A DNA stretch of 55,510 nt, counting the filler, from Catajapyx aquilonaris (Eukaryota), in the NCBI GenBank assembly GCA_000934665.2. It is 3 parts of 3 records of this genome, joined end to end, with 100 filler letters (N's around TTAATTAATTAA, not from the genome) between each part and the next. Parts side by side here need not be neighbours in the genome. Positions count along the whole stretch, not along the records: positions 37,086 to 55,510 come from KZ539578.1; 2 more parts are not named here. The stretch is one strand, 5' to 3'. The position numbers and the translations under genes were made by a program. The notes under the pieces are model-generated. The model worked only from the letters and a program-made list of their open reading frames with translations. It was not told where the DNA came from and searched no databases. Of the stretch, positions 40,901-53,729 are shown in pieces. Position 1 is the stretch's first letter, and each line of letters begins with the position of its first letter.

Positions 40901-43900
40901 GGAAGAGCAATGGGAAAGGTGAGCTGACCTTGGAGGTCAAATATGATGTGCCTATGACCTACCCCATCAAAAGTTACCCCTACTGAACCATCTTGGGCAT
41001 GTCTAGAGTATCCCATATTGAGAACAAACAAACATATAACTTATATACAAATACAAGGGGTGTTCAAAAAAAGACCAAACTTTTTCTATACAGACTCTAT
41101 TGCTCAATTTACAACATTTTAAGCACTGTCCCCTTCAAAATAGTTCCCTCTACTGGCTATAGAGAGTTTTTAATTTTTCTTCCATTGTTGGAATGCTTCC
41201 TGTAATGCACTTTCTGTGATGGCGCACAGTGCTCTTGTCGCATTGTCCTGAATCGCCCCAATGGTTTGGAAATGACATCGTTTCAAATTGGTTTTAAGTT
41301 TTGAATATAGCAAAACATCTGCTGTGGCTAAGTCCGGAGAGTATGGTAGATTGGCACAACTAATGTCTGATGTTTTGCCAGATAACTGATGATGAGGAGC
41401 GATGTGTGAGCCGGTGCATTGCCATGGCACAATATCCAAGTCTGGTTTTCCCACAATTTAGGCCTTTCCTGGACACAGCATCCCTCAAAGGCACTTAAAA
41501 CATTCTGGTGCAACACTGTTTGTCTGCCAATCTGACAAAATGGTTCAAATTCATAAAGAAAAATGCCCTTCCAATCCAAAAACACAACCAACATCACCTT
41601 GACCTTTGACCGACTGATCTGTGCCTCTTTCGGTCGAGGCGACCCTTCCCAAGTATGCTTGGTAAAGCAATTGAAATGTCTGTAAAATTTTTGCAAATTT
41701 TTTTTAGAGAAATTTTACACAAACACGTTGTTTTTCAAGCTCTTTCATTTTCACTTTCTCACTAATTTGACTAACAGCTTGTCCAAGTGCTCACTTAAGT
41801 GGATGTATCTCGATGACCAATGATCATAGCGGAACGTGGCAAATGGCAATTTGTTGTTAAGACATGTCGCTAGGTGCTGTCAGTAGCAGCAATACGCTCT
41901 TTGTGCCGGTTGACACGCTATTTAAAAAGTTTGGTCTTTTTTTGAACACCCCTCATATATACAGGGTGGGCAGAAAGTAAATTCCACCTATTAGAAATAT
42001 GTAAAATCTCTGTCAAATATTGCTCGATTTTCATGAAACAAGATTTATTTTGTAACTTGCAATGGGAGAATTTGTCTGTAAACTTAAAATTCCACATAGG
42101 AATCAGAGTTTTTTGTCAATTTCTGTAGGCGATTCGGAATGCCTGTGACAGACTTATTATGCACGTAATCCTGCGGGGTCATGCGGGACTTTGCCCAGAA
42201 CATCTCAAATGCGCTCTTCAAGATGATCCACATTTTGCGGTTTGGAGGGTACACTTCCTCCTTTGCCGAAGCTCACAAGAAAAGTCGGAGTGCATAAGGT
42301 CAGGACTTCATGGTGGCCATTATTTTGGACCACCCAAAGACTTGGCAATGATTTATCCAGCCGTGCATAGACAGTCAGTGCGAAATATGTGGGTGCATTA
42401 TCTTGCATGGAGATATGGTGGAAGTTATCCCATTGTATGATGATCGGCCATAATTGACCTTGCAGCATGGAAAGATTCAGCTCTCCATTCATGGTATTTC
42501 GAAGGAGGAAGGGGAGAGAGCAACTCTCATGCACGTTAAGGCGATGTGCCATCTTGACTCGCGGCATGACTGATTCTGCCATCTGATGGGCAGGCATATA
42601 AATTCTCCTTTGCAAGTTACAATGCCATTTGGCCACTAGAGGTGCTCCAAGTTCGATTTTCAATGTTGTCCAATTTTGGTGAAATTGACACATATTGTCG
42701 AGTTCGATGAGCTGAGTCAAATGCTCTGAGTCAAATGTGCTATGGGACAATTTTCTCTGACAAACCATTTGGTCGTTATAGTTAGTTGCAGAGCTGTATA
42801 GGTTTACAGCAATATAAATTGATCTACAATAGCCTGGACATAAAAGTGTATCGCATCAGGGTACATGCAAAATAATGGTCCTTATTGGGTACCCTGATAG
42901 TCGATGAATACATACACATGAACCATGGAGCCCAACATATTTTACTGCAAGTTCCACAGTGTTCAATTATTCAAAAATACATGGCAGGTGCAGAAAAATT
43001 ACATCATGAAATAAAAATGAAATGATGAAAAGATGAGATACTGAAAGGGACTTGCCATTCAGCTTAGTACAGGTGCTCCTCTGCCACACCATCTGGCTCG
43101 AATATATTCCACTCCGACTAGTCCACTTTGCTCCACTTCAATGTCGTTGGTTTCCTCAACCTGCGGACCACTTCTGGTAGTTCACGATTGGCTGCATCTC
43201 TCACCACTTGGAGCAATCTGGACGATGGAGTTGGAATCTTCAATTGATGTCTGGTGTGGCCCAGGTACCACAATACGCTGGCTACATGTGTGCAGCATCC
43301 CAATGTCCTCGCACCAGATTTGCACTGGCAGTAACAGCCGTGGACTAACTCTTCGTCATCGTCTTCTGGGTCAGAATACTCTTTCTCGACATAGGTAATC
43401 CACAAGTTGTACTTGGTGGAATTTCTATAGCGAGAATATATTCTTGCTTTGAGAAGTCCTGGCTCCTCCTTGAGAATTTGTATCTCATAGTGCCCCTCCT
43501 TTTGCATTTTGTCATGAACATATGACTTTGCTAGCTTCAATTGGTAAATTCCCATTGTGAGATCCTGCAGATACTCTTCCGTTAAAACGGGGAACCCCCC
43601 AACTGTCATCTTCCTCCATCTTCTTCCATCCTCGTGTCTTTGAGGTCCTTCCCTCCGTCAAAACTCTCTGCTGGACAACATTAGGAGATTGTGCAATCTC
43701 AAGCATCCTGCGGCCTAATTCTTCATTGGCACCAGTCATTTGAGAGTTTCAGTATCTCATTTTTCATCATTTCATTTTTGTTTCATGATGTAATTTTTCT
43801 GCACCTGCCATGTATTTTTGAATAATTGAACACTGTGTGACTTGCAGCTGGGCTCCATGGTTCATGTGTATGTATTCATCGACTATCAGGGTACCCAATA

Positions 43901-45138
43901 AGGACCATTATTTTGCATGTACACTGATGCGATACACTTTTATGTCCAGGCTATTGTAGATCAATTTATATTGCTGTAAACCTATATTTGACTCAGTGCA
44001 TTTGACTCAGCTCATCGAACGACAATATGTGTCAATTTCACCAAGATTGGACAACATTGAAAATCGAACTTTGAGCACCTCTTGCGGCCAAACGGCATGG
44101 TAGATTTTCTTTGTCCTTCAGAGAAATTTACCCTGGGGTCGAGCTTTATCAACTGACCAATTTTGAGCAAAATCCAATGGCGCAACTTTTACATAAGGAG
44201 TTAACCCATGTCCTTTGAAAAGAGGTGCAGAAAATAGCAGCATATGACATTGAAGGAATGTAATTGTCAAGATCTGGTTAAGTCATCCTGATTACATTTT
44301 GTAGACATGTTGCCAACACTTTATTTACAACCCTCATATAGAGATGAATGAGCCCATCCAGGATGGCTGAACTGTTGTGATGCAGGGCTTGTGTCTTAAG
44401 CTATGGTACTTGACCATCAGGATGTATGATATTCGCTGCCTCTACTGATGCTTCTTTAGATGTAGACAACATGGACAGCCAATCATAAACATGGGCTCGA
44501 ATTTTCGACCTACCGCTAGTTAGCAGTGCCAGCGTCAACAACAAATAATTGTGATAACCCATGAAAAAGCTTATTGGAGAATCCTACTACCAGAAGCAGG
44601 CTGCTAGCAGAGGATTAGCAGTAGGACGAAAATTACACACATTAGTTTTAAAAGATCATTTTCTTGCATCATTGCATTGTATTTTGCATCATTTGCCAAT
44701 TTTGTGCAAAGATTATTCATTTTTAAACTCCCCCCTCTCTGATCAGGTCCAACAGTTCTGCTTCGCATGGAAAAAGCACTTGCCAACCAAGGACTAAGCC
44801 TGAGTGCCCTGGATGCCACCCTGGTGGTGCTGAAGCAGGAGTGGATTAACATCGTCAAAGCAATCCTCCAGTTCACTAGTCTTCGTGCATATCCTCCTGG
44901 GGAAACAGAGCGCCTCATGCGAGCCTTGGGTGCCCATCCCCATGATCGTCCCCTCATTGCCTATTGGGCCAGAGGGATCCACCTCCACTCCCCACATCTA
45001 CCCAGATCACCCCAAAATCCTACCTCAGAACCCCCTTCCCCACCTGATTCTCCTGACCTCCCCGACTCTCCAAACCAATTGTTACTGACCTCTCGTGACC
45101 TGCCACCCTCTGATTCAGAGACACCAGATGTCTTGTAG
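37932..45138 (+). CDS. FLCN: Folliculin (BHD protein, RagC/D GAP subunit), 575 aa
   Basis: Exons 37932-38231, 38294-38515, 38757-38974, 40014-40126, 40184-40413, 40666-40918 and 44747-45138 splice in phase (1728 nt). Hallmarks: MNAVVSLCHFCELHGP, RSLSCEVCPSREGPVFFGD, DSQARGFQRWFS (arginine finger), LLNSWPFL, LHEWFSWLL, LKQEWIN. Confidence 0.95.
41054..41955 (-). mobile_element. mariner element, internally deleted and frameshifted
   Basis: TIRs ..AGGGGTGTTCAAAAAAAGACCAAACTTTT at both ends with TA flanks; SKVKVMLVVFLDWKG, HGNAPAH and PYSPDLA motifs. Confidence 0.9.
41962..42622 (-). mobile_element. Tc1/mariner-superfamily remnant
   Basis: TA-CAGGGTG terminus; QDNAPTYFALTV..RLD and WPP*SPDL motifs; other TIR truncated near 42622. 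Confidence 0.75.
42622..44207 (-). mobile_element. Non-autonomous ISL2EU/PHIS-like DNA transposon with long inverted repeats and a SWIM-finger fragment
   Basis: Inverted arms ~42622-43046 / ~43747-44100; internal FPVLTEEYLQDLTMGIYQLKLAKSY...CYCQCKSGARTLGCCTHVASVLWYLG; right end ...TTAACCC|AT. Confidence 0.7.
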
Positions 45139-45221
45139 CAGTTGAATTTGGTCAGCCTACCTTGCATTTTCAAGTCATTTTTGGCTTGTGGAACTGAATA
45201 TTGCCATAAAATATGCACATA

Positions 45222-45827
45222 CACTAAAACTTCTATAAGTCGAACTTCCCTAAGTCGAAGTTCTCTATAAGTCGAAGGAAATGATGAGCTTGGTTGGTCA
45301 CAGTGTAAAATAATAGGAAATAAACTTCCCTAACTCGAATTTCTATAACTCGAATTTCTCCATAACTCGGAAGTGCTGGCAGGGCCTTACGATGTGATAT
45401 CAATGCAATTTCAGTCTCCCTAAGTCGAAGTTCATGTTGGCGAGTACGGAAAATTTTCTCATTTCCCAGCGGAAGGATCGAGATTAGGTCACATGTACAG
45501 AAAGGCTCAATTTCCTGATCTCCGTCTACCAGACGTACCGGTACCGAAAGAAGTGTTTGACTCGATTGTGACAATTGAATCCTTGAATCTAAGAGTAGGC
45601 AAATGTCCACAATGGAGATTTTTTTACACCAAAACAACGAGGAACATTGTAAGTGTGATAGTGACAGTTATTTTAAAGTTTTGAACACCTTTCGTCGCTG
45701 GATGTAAAGGTAGGCTTCCTTATAGAGTTCGGTGCTTTAAAAAACCCAAACTTCTCTAACTCGAATCTTCTATAACTCAAAGTGTTTTTCCGGTCCCATG
45801 GAGATTCGACTTATGGAAGTTTTACTG
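45222..45827. mobile_element. pogo/Tigger-type MITE just downstream of the FLCN stop
   Basis: TA-CA(C)TAAAACTTCTATAAGTCGAA ... TTCGACTTATGGAAGTTTTACTG-TA with repeated TAA(G/C)TCGAA subterminal motifs. Confidence 0.8.
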
Positions 45828-46267
45828 TACATGTAATTGAAACTTGGAGTCAGAGTCCCACTATTTGCACTACTTTCACGGCAAGAACAGAGAAATATAG
45901 AGTTCTCAGCCACAGTATAGGATTAGGAATGCCCCCATGCACTGATTGGGCTGTGACATCGTCAAGAAGCAACACTGCTTGTTTAAAATTGATAGTGAGA
46001 GCACATTGGCTCCCTAGTTAGTAACAGGTATGAAGGGCTTTTAAAAGTATGTGGCCTCACCTTCTAGGACTGACAAATGTGAAAATCTAATGATGCCATC
46101 GAATGCAGTGGGCCTAATGACCCGTTTCAAATCCACACCATGGTCCTTGAGTTCAGAAATTAATCAGATATGAAGGGGAACGGCATTTTATGAAGATTGT
46201 AGCATGTCATGTGTTCATCAGGTACACTGCACTCTTGATTAACTGTGCTAATGAATGTATGGGTGTG

Positions 46268-46617
46268 TGGGGAGGTGTGGTGGCCGTGATGGTAACGTCA
46301 CGGCTTGCTGAGTGAAAGGCCCCAGGTTCGATCCCCGCCTGGGGAACTTTCCTTTCACCTGCGTCGGGAGGGTCTCTGACCTGCACCAAGGAGGTGTCTG
46401 GCAACCTAACCTCCTGGGGAACAGCACATGACCCGTTTTCAGACGTGCACCTTGCACCCATGTTCCCTCCCCAAAAATTCCCTATCCCTTCCCCATGTCC
46501 TTTCATCCTTGCACCGGAGTGAAGAAGAAAAAATAGAAAATTGAAGAAAATGGTGGTATCCCACCCCCCTATAAGGACCCATGGCCCTAGCACAAGGTAA
46601 CGTAAAAAAAAAAAAAA
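46268..46617 (+). mobile_element. tRNA-derived SINE (family B)
   Basis: Box A TGGCCGTGATGG, box B GGTTCGATCCC, poly-A tail, 14-bp TSD AATGTATGGGTGTG (46254-46267 / 46618-46631). Confidence 0.9.
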
Positions 46618-46987
46618 AATGTATGGGTGTGCCCAGAAATTCAGAAAATATAGATTATCAGAATATGGTCCTACTATCAATTTATTTAATACAGGCCCCT
46701 GGGTTTGACTCAAAACTACTCCCGGGCAGATGATCCAGAAAAGTAATGTTACATATCATTCGAAAGCTTGTTTAAATCCCTGTAACATATGTGAGAGGTG
46801 TTTTCCTATCTTCCCTGTGTAATTTTTTATTGCAAGATGAAGACAGAAGAATATGTCATTTTTTGACTAGTTGCCGACATTACGCCGAAAAAGTATTTTT
46901 CATGTGACACTTATCAGAGGCCAAAAGATTATCCCTGTGAACCCTGGATAGTAAAGATCTTTGTCTATCTAATCATAATTATATTTT

Positions 46988-47307
46988 GGGGAGACGGAGT
47001 GGCGCCGCGGTAACGTGCCCACGGATATTAAGGTCCCGGGTTCGATCCCAGCCCGGGGACACCCCCTTCATCTCGTGCAGAGGTCGGTCACCTCTGGCTT
47101 CGTCTCGGGTGGTATTTCCTACAGACTAAACCACCTGGGGGAGCTCACTAAAAATGGCCTCACGTCAGATGCACTGCACTAGCACATCCCCTCCTGTCAT
47201 CCTGCCCGTGGGCCCAGGCACTTCAATAATAGGATTCCCAGAATTGTACACCATCACAATAAAGGTCTGGCAAAAAACCCCTCTGGGGTTAGCCGAATAC
47301 CCAATCA

Positions 47308-47391
<84 letters not shown>
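46988..47391 (+). mobile_element. tRNA-derived SINE with (ATT)28 tail
   Basis: Box A TGGCGCCGCGG, box B GGTTCGATCCC, (ATT)n at 47308-47391, TSD-like ATTATATTTT on both sides. Confidence 0.85.
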
Positions 47392-47395
<4 letters not shown>

Positions 47396-47799
47396 TTTAA
47401 ACTTAGAAATTCCCATTTTTGTCATCATAGTTAAGTATAGAGCATGCCTCTGATATCTCAGCCATTTCTAGTCCGATTTCATGAATGTACTGTTGGCAAG
47501 CCAGAAATGTGTGTGATAAAATTAAACCGGTTCCATTACACTAAATTTTTTACATGTATATATTTAGTACCATAAGTTTAATACCAGCCCTTTTTTGGCA
47601 GGAGCAGAGGGTGATCCATAGTGAGGTAGGGGGACCAAGGGGAAGGAAAGTCTTGACGGTGTTGCTAAGCTCCTAGCGATAGACATGTTGAACAGGTTTT
47701 CCAGCAGTTGTAATTCCTGGAAGACTATGTGAAAAGGATCCTCAATTTTGACGAAGGTAAGTATGGGTAATAGTTCTCTGGCAGTTTGTTCCGGGCTGT

Positions 47800-48274
47800 T
47801 GAACATGGAAAGGCAGAAGTATGTAAGCAAAAGTGAAAAGTATCGAATTGTCAAGGCCTGGGAATGCTTTGAAAAAGAAGAGACTCAAGAGAGTGTGGTG
47901 CTAAGTAATGACATGTCTTGCATTGTGAAGCAAGCAGCGGAGTGCCTTGATGTGTCACAACATTGTTAAGCGAGTGCGCCAAGAAATGCGCAAAACCTCA
48001 GCGGTGTCTTCTCCACAAAAAGAGAGAAAGAAGCGAACCAAGATTGTATTGGACAATTTCAGCCAGGGCATAGTACTGTGCAAGATTTTGCAATTCTATG
48101 AGGACAGGGAATTCCCGATGCTGGAGAAACTGCTGGAGAAATGGAAGGGGGGAGGAGTGGACGATTTTCCTGTCATGTGCCATGCCACATTGTGGAGGCT
48201 GGTAAGAAAATGGCTTCCAATTCAGGAAGTTTCAGAAAAGACCAGTTTTGATGGTGAGGGCTGGCAAGAGGTGC
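47800..48274 (+). mobile_element. IS630-Tc1 transposase N-terminal remnant
   Basis: LDNFSQGIVLCKILQFYEDREFPMLEKLL...TLWRLVRK, frameshifted and cut off by the following LTR. Confidence 0.65.
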
Positions 48275-49430
48275 TGTGACAGGTTTCTTGTTCACATAAC
48301 ACAGTGGGTTCTGGTTCAAGACAGTGTATTTATTCCGTCCTTAGGTAATGGGCTTACAAGGATAGCTGGGTAAGGATTGGGGTGGCCAGTGACCTCCCAG
48401 ACAGAGGGAGACCAACTGGCCTCGAGCCATAGTATGGTGAGGCTTAAATAGTAGTGGGGCCACTTCGCAATAATGCATGATGGTCAGCTTACAAGTAGGT
48501 CAATTCGCTAAACAACAGAGGAGGTGCGGGGCACCCGCACAGGCTGATGGGATTGATGACAGGACAAAGTGTGGCGGGGATTCAGACATACATGTGGATG
48601 GATGATTTCACAATGATAACGGATGAAATGGCGAATCCAGTCCTGTCACACACCTCCGGACCAACAGGACCCAAGGGGGTTGAAATGCATCCTAAGTAAC
48701 GGATATGACATGTCCATTCGATGCGTCATGTACACACTGGTGATGCCGAAAAACAGCAAACACAAAAAGAATAACTCAGAGAAGGTTCAGCATAGATCTT
48801 GGTAGGTAGACACACGCCCGGGAGTTCACTGACGGCGGTGCGAGATAACACAACAGCAGGCCCACTTATCTCGGTGGCCAAATAACATAATAAAACATAA
48901 CTAAATTGCTTCTCTAAGGCACAAACAAAAAAAGAAATCACTCACTTCATACACATACACTAATTGGGGGAGTCAGTTTATAGGCTTCCACACTCCACTT
49001 CTTCCTCTTCACTGGAAGAGCCCAACACCACAACTTCAGGGTTGTGTGAAAGGTGGTGGGAGGTGGTGCCTTCTAGTAGGTTGAAACCTCCTCCTGCGTC
49101 GCCTGGACCCGTCGCTCGGGGAAGTAGGTTCCGGGACCTATAGGGCTTCATCACCCGAAAGGGCATATGGAAATGGCGACAGGTCCCGTTAGGGACCATC
49201 TCAGCGGGTATGCGGCCCAGGAGGATTCCCCTCAGGTAGTCCACCAGTACCTCGAACCGATGAAGAAAGTCCGAGGCCAGCACGACAGGTAGTCCACCAC
49301 CAGTACCGCGAACCGATGAAGAAAGTCCGAGGCCAGCACGACAGGTAGTCCACCACCAGTACCTCGAACCGATGAAGAAAGTCCGAGGCCAGCACGGCAG
49401 GTACCATAATTTACGTCCGTATCACGACGA
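48275..49430 (-). mobile_element. Gypsy-like LTR element remnant: 3' LTR 48275-48650 plus internal region
   Basis: TGTGACAGG...CCTGTCACA ends; minus-strand TATTTAA and AATAAA; purine tract GGAGGTG next to the LTR; protease-end-like motif VLASDFLHRFEVLVDY. Confidence 0.7.
49233..49404. repeat. 53/56/56-bp tandem repeat (3 copies)
   Basis: CAGGTAGTCCACC(ACC)AGTACC(T/G)CGAACCGATGAAGAAAGTCCGAGGCCAGCACG units start at 49233, 49286 and 49342. Confidence 0.9.
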
Positions 49431-49441
49431 CAGGCATCTGG

Positions 49442-50181
49442 ATGGTAGCAAGATTTGTCACATCCAGTACTGTGATACCTCTACTAGTAGTGTGTGTGAA
49501 AAAATCTCTGCAAGACATTGTACCTCATTCACAAATTGCCCTCAAGTTGAAGGAGAATTTGTTGGCGAGTGTGGGGAAACGTTTTGGGCAAGTTGAAAAT
49601 GTTCACATCCTTGCTGTAAGTACATTGCTAGACCCTCGATTTAAGCGTCTCCACTTCAGCAATCCGGTATCGACAGCAAATGCAATCACATGGCTGGAAA
49701 TTGAACTCAAAGAAAATGAAGGACTTATTGGGATTCATCCTCCAGAAGTACAAGGTATTATTTAATGAAAATAAATTTCAAATGTTTCTCACAAAACAAT
49801 TTTTAATGCAATGTGCTTCATATCCTAGGTACTCCCTCCACACCAGTGGAAGCAGAAGCAGACATTTGGTCTTACCATGACCAGCTAGCTGATCAGAAGA
49901 GGACTGCTAGTAGCAACTTGGGGCAAACGAACCTGAAGGAGTACCTGAGGTCACCAGTGGTCAGCAGGAAAGAAAATCCACTCCAAGTGTGGGAAGAGCT
50001 GCGGGCTGTTTACCCAGGACTATACAAACTTGCCCTGAAATACTTAGGCATCACAGCTACTTCTTTCCCATCAGAAAGATTGTTCTCGAAGGCGGGAAAT
50101 CTTATTACTGAAAAGAGAAACCGGCTTTGCCCCGAGAGGGCCTCAAAATTGCTCATTTTGGGGGAAGCTTTAATAGAGTAA
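49442..50181 (+). mobile_element. hAT (Ac/ZBED-like) transposase C-terminal fragment with one intron (~49755-49828)
   Basis: STLLDPRFK and the hATC dimerisation motif W...YPGLYKLALKYLGITATSFPSERLFSKAGNLITEKRNRL. Confidence 0.9.
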
Positions 50182-51575
50182 TAAAAGTAATCAGGCTAAT
50201 GTGAAATTCCAACTCTGTTTTGCTGGCTAATAACGTGTTTAGATACAGTGCTATTTGTTTGCCTATTTAGCAGAAGAACCTGGAACATATACCTGGCAAG
50301 TGTAAGCGTTAAGTTTCATATTTGTAGGCCCTACTTTGATTAGGCTTTTACGTAATTTATTTTGACAAACTGGCAAGTTGCAAATTCCCCAAGTATGGGG
50401 CAAGGGTAGACCTCAGGATAATCTCCCCCGTCCTCATCAGCCCCTCAACGCCAGCAAAATCGGGGAGAAAGTTGTGCCCCACCGGCTTCCCAAGAAATTT
50501 TGTTGTCTCTCCCTCTCTTAGCGACGTCAGGGTACAACCACCCAGCTGGAAGGTAGTGTCTCTAGCTCCCACTGGGGTACGTCCGGAGAAATGAAATGTT
50601 TCCGTCTTCTTTGGGTTAACTAGTATTGATATCCGAGCAGCCTCTCTCTCTACCACCTCCATAAGTTGTTGGAGATCGGCTGGGTTATCAGTAAGAATCG
50701 TAATATCATCAGCATACGCTAGTACTTGATGTTTGGAGTTTCTATCTGGCTGTACCATCCACAACACCTGGTCTATTGCCATATTGAACAAAAGACAGGA
50801 AAGCGGATCACCCTGGCGAATGCCATTGCCAACATGTATAGGTGAAGTTAAGCCACTTTCCGTAAGGACCTGGGTGGTCCCACCGCTACAGAAGTCAGTG
50901 ACGATCTCTCCAAAGGCCTCTCCGGTCCCCGCTGCATCCAAGGATGCCCGGAGAGCCCCGTGTGGTACAGACGTATAGGCCGAGGAGAAGTCCAACCACC
51001 CAACACAGAGGTCGATCTTCCTCCTCCTCGCTTCCCCGCAGCACAAAATTATGCTCTGTTACTCCATCATACGGCATAAATCCTTTTTGAGCCGGATGAA
51101 GGACTTGATACGCCTCAATCCATCGCGCTAGTCGTACAACTGCCCAACATCCAGAGTATAGTTTATTAATTGTCCTACTCAAGGCGATTGGGCGCCAGTT
51201 AGATGGGTCGGTCGGGTCCCCCTTCTTCGGAATCAAAATCGTTTTTGATCGGCGCCACGGCTCGGGAATTTTCCGGTGGAGAATGCATATGTTAAATATG
51301 GCAGCCAGGGCAACGCCTTCGGGGTCCAACTGCTTCCAGTGGTTATATGTTAGTCCATCGTCTCCTGGCGCAGTACTCTCCGCCTTCTGCAATTTTTTAA
51401 TAACTTCGCCCGGAGAGAAATCCGAGGCCTCAATGGGCGGGCGTGCCCGGCTTTGCTCATAGAACTCCATGTCCCACACTCTTTCTGAGTATGCATTCGT
51501 AAAGAATGATTCAATCTGCTCTTTGGAGATTTGACATCTTTCTCCCTCCCCCTCCAGCAACAGCCGCAGGCCGCA

Positions 51576-51989
51576 ACATGTCCTGAACATATTCCCAAAA
51601 GGGCGCTTTGTTATTAATTTGTTCCATGTAAAAACCTAATTGCACTGGACGCCATTTAATGCTTTGAAAAAACCCCGCGTAACACTTCAATTGGCTGTTT
51701 TCGCTATAAAAACGGCACATACGAGAACATGTTAAGGCATCGAATCGAGGCGGTGTCACATGAAGAACAATCTTCAAAAAGATTCATCGCTCTAGCTTCA
51801 CTGGTTCGTCCGCTACACTGGTGAAAAGGGTATCCAAAATGGCGCCTACATTTTCCAAGATGGCGGCCAAACCCGTCACCGGAAACTTGGGGAACTTTGT
51901 CCACAGGTTCAAGGACATGTCCTGAACATATTCCCAAAAGGGCGCTTTGTTATTAATTTGTTCCATGTAAAAACCTAATTGCACTGGAC
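51576..51989. repeat. 414-bp foreign insert bounded by 75-bp perfect direct repeats
   Basis: 51576-51650 is identical to 51915-51989; interrupts the retrotransposon ORF between IDVDDPNS and LRLLLEGEGERC. Confidence 0.8.
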
Positions 51990-53237
51990 TATTGGGGTCA
52001 TCCACATCAATCATCTTTGTCCTCTTGGAGTCTCCTCCTCCAGAGGGCTGGGGGATATGAGCCGTTTCTCGGGCCACCGTCGTTATTTGTTCCAACACCC
52101 ATTTATTGTGGATTTGAGTTTATTGTGGATGCGAGCCAGGTGAGGCAGGAAATCATGTAGAGGAGTTTTTCCATCAGGGGACAGCACCTCCTCCCATGAT
52201 GGTGGCTCCCTCCTATCATCTAGTGCAGGGTCAAAATCGCCCTCTGGTGGACCACCTGGGTCTCCATCCTGACTGGGACCACCCAGCTCGTCCCCATCTG
52301 CATCCACATCGTCCTGTTGGTCATCATTGATCATATGGCCAGTAACAGGCTCGTCATTAGTCTGAGTATGGAACAGGGCGAAGCCAGCCGGTGAAGGAGC
52401 ATCATATTCCACCGGACTGGCCACGACGTCGGCCGGGGGGATAGGAGGGAGCAAATAGTCTGATAAAACTGGTACAACAGTTGACGTTAAAAAGGAAGGA
52501 ACCAGCACCGACCCTGCCCTACTAAAAGCGGGACTTACCTGCAGGTCGAATGCTGGGGGGAGAAAGGAGGAGGGGGGAATAAAAGCGGGACCAGCCTGCG
52601 GGAATTGGGGTGTCAAACCATGTTGAGGACCAGCCTGCAAGGATTGAGGAATTGGGCTAAAATGAGGACCAGCCTCAGGGAAGGGGGGTATGGGGTGGGG
52701 GACAGGATTAAAAACGGTTAAAAGCTGGCCTCCTTCTCCCTCCCGGTCCGGCGTCGCCTGCTGGCCAATAGCCACGCCTAGTCACTTGCGCTTCAGTTTT
52801 TTTGACGGGGGGCCAATGACTCCCACCTCCTCCTCACAACCAAGCTGCGGGGGTGGGGTCCGGTGAAATGCCCTTCGCATATTCTCGTACGGGGACACCC
52901 CCTCCTCTTCTTCGTGCTCCCGAGGCTCCTCCTCCTCCTCGCTAGCTCCGGGGGCCCCGACAGCAGCCATCGCCCGGCGACCTCCACGAACTGGGGGCAG
53001 GTCGCGGTCTTGACGCAACTTATCCGATACGTGCCACCGGCGGTGATTCCGGAGGCCCGTCTTGCTGTGGAAATCTTCTTCACATTCCTCGCAGGTGTAT
53101 TCCCCCTTCTGCATAGGGCCGACTGTCCACCTCTCTGGTTTCTTGGGGCACGCCTGCAGGTGGTAGGAGGGCCTCACCTTGAGGTCCATCCAACACCACC
53201 TGCAGCGCACCTCCACTGGAGTGGTCTTAGGAGCAGC

Positions 53238-53729
53238 TGTAATGGGGGATGAGTAAGGATGGAATGACCATGTGTAAAGGATGACAGGAAATGTGTATCA
53301 GTAGGTATAGTCATGCTGTGTGACTGAGGAGAATCTGACTAAGGAGCCGTACTGGTATATATAAATATAAGCCGCGGAGAAGAGGAGCCAGACAGAGAGC
53401 AGCAGAGAGCAGAGGGGCCAGCCAGGGGCCAGCCAGGGGCCAGAGGAGGACCTGACCCGAAGCCGAGGACCTTGAGCACGAACATTGATTCAGGGGGCTC
53501 TCAGTGTGGTGGCGGTGTATGTACGTGTGATTGTACCTGCTGAGGACGTAATTAAAGGACAGCTCAAAGCAACCTCCCATGTCTGATGATTAACCGGAAA
53601 GTGCCCCCAACCCGTTGAGGTCCGGCACCTTACCTGCGTCTCCCTGTCCAACCCTGCCCAGTCCCATCCCAACTTCCCGTACCATCCTGTCCCCAAACCC
53701 ATCCTTATCCACCCCATTTCCCCGCTACA
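53238..53729 (+). mobile_element. Solo LTR (Gypsy-like), 492 bp
   Basis: TGTAATGGGGGA...TTCCCCGCTACA termini, 4-bp TSD CAGC (53234-53237 / 53730-53733), internal TATATAAA; removing it rejoins the retrotransposon reading frame. Confidence 0.9.

Noticed and set aside
47154..47453. ORF with a poly-tyrosine run
   Set aside because: Translation of the (ATT)n SINE tail.
49233..49404. CRISPR-like regularly spaced repeats
   Set aside because: Head-to-tail units with no unique spacers, in a eukaryotic LTR element.
53582..53601. Hammerhead-like CTGATGA...GAAA in the solo LTR
   Set aside because: No stem II can form between the two core motifs.
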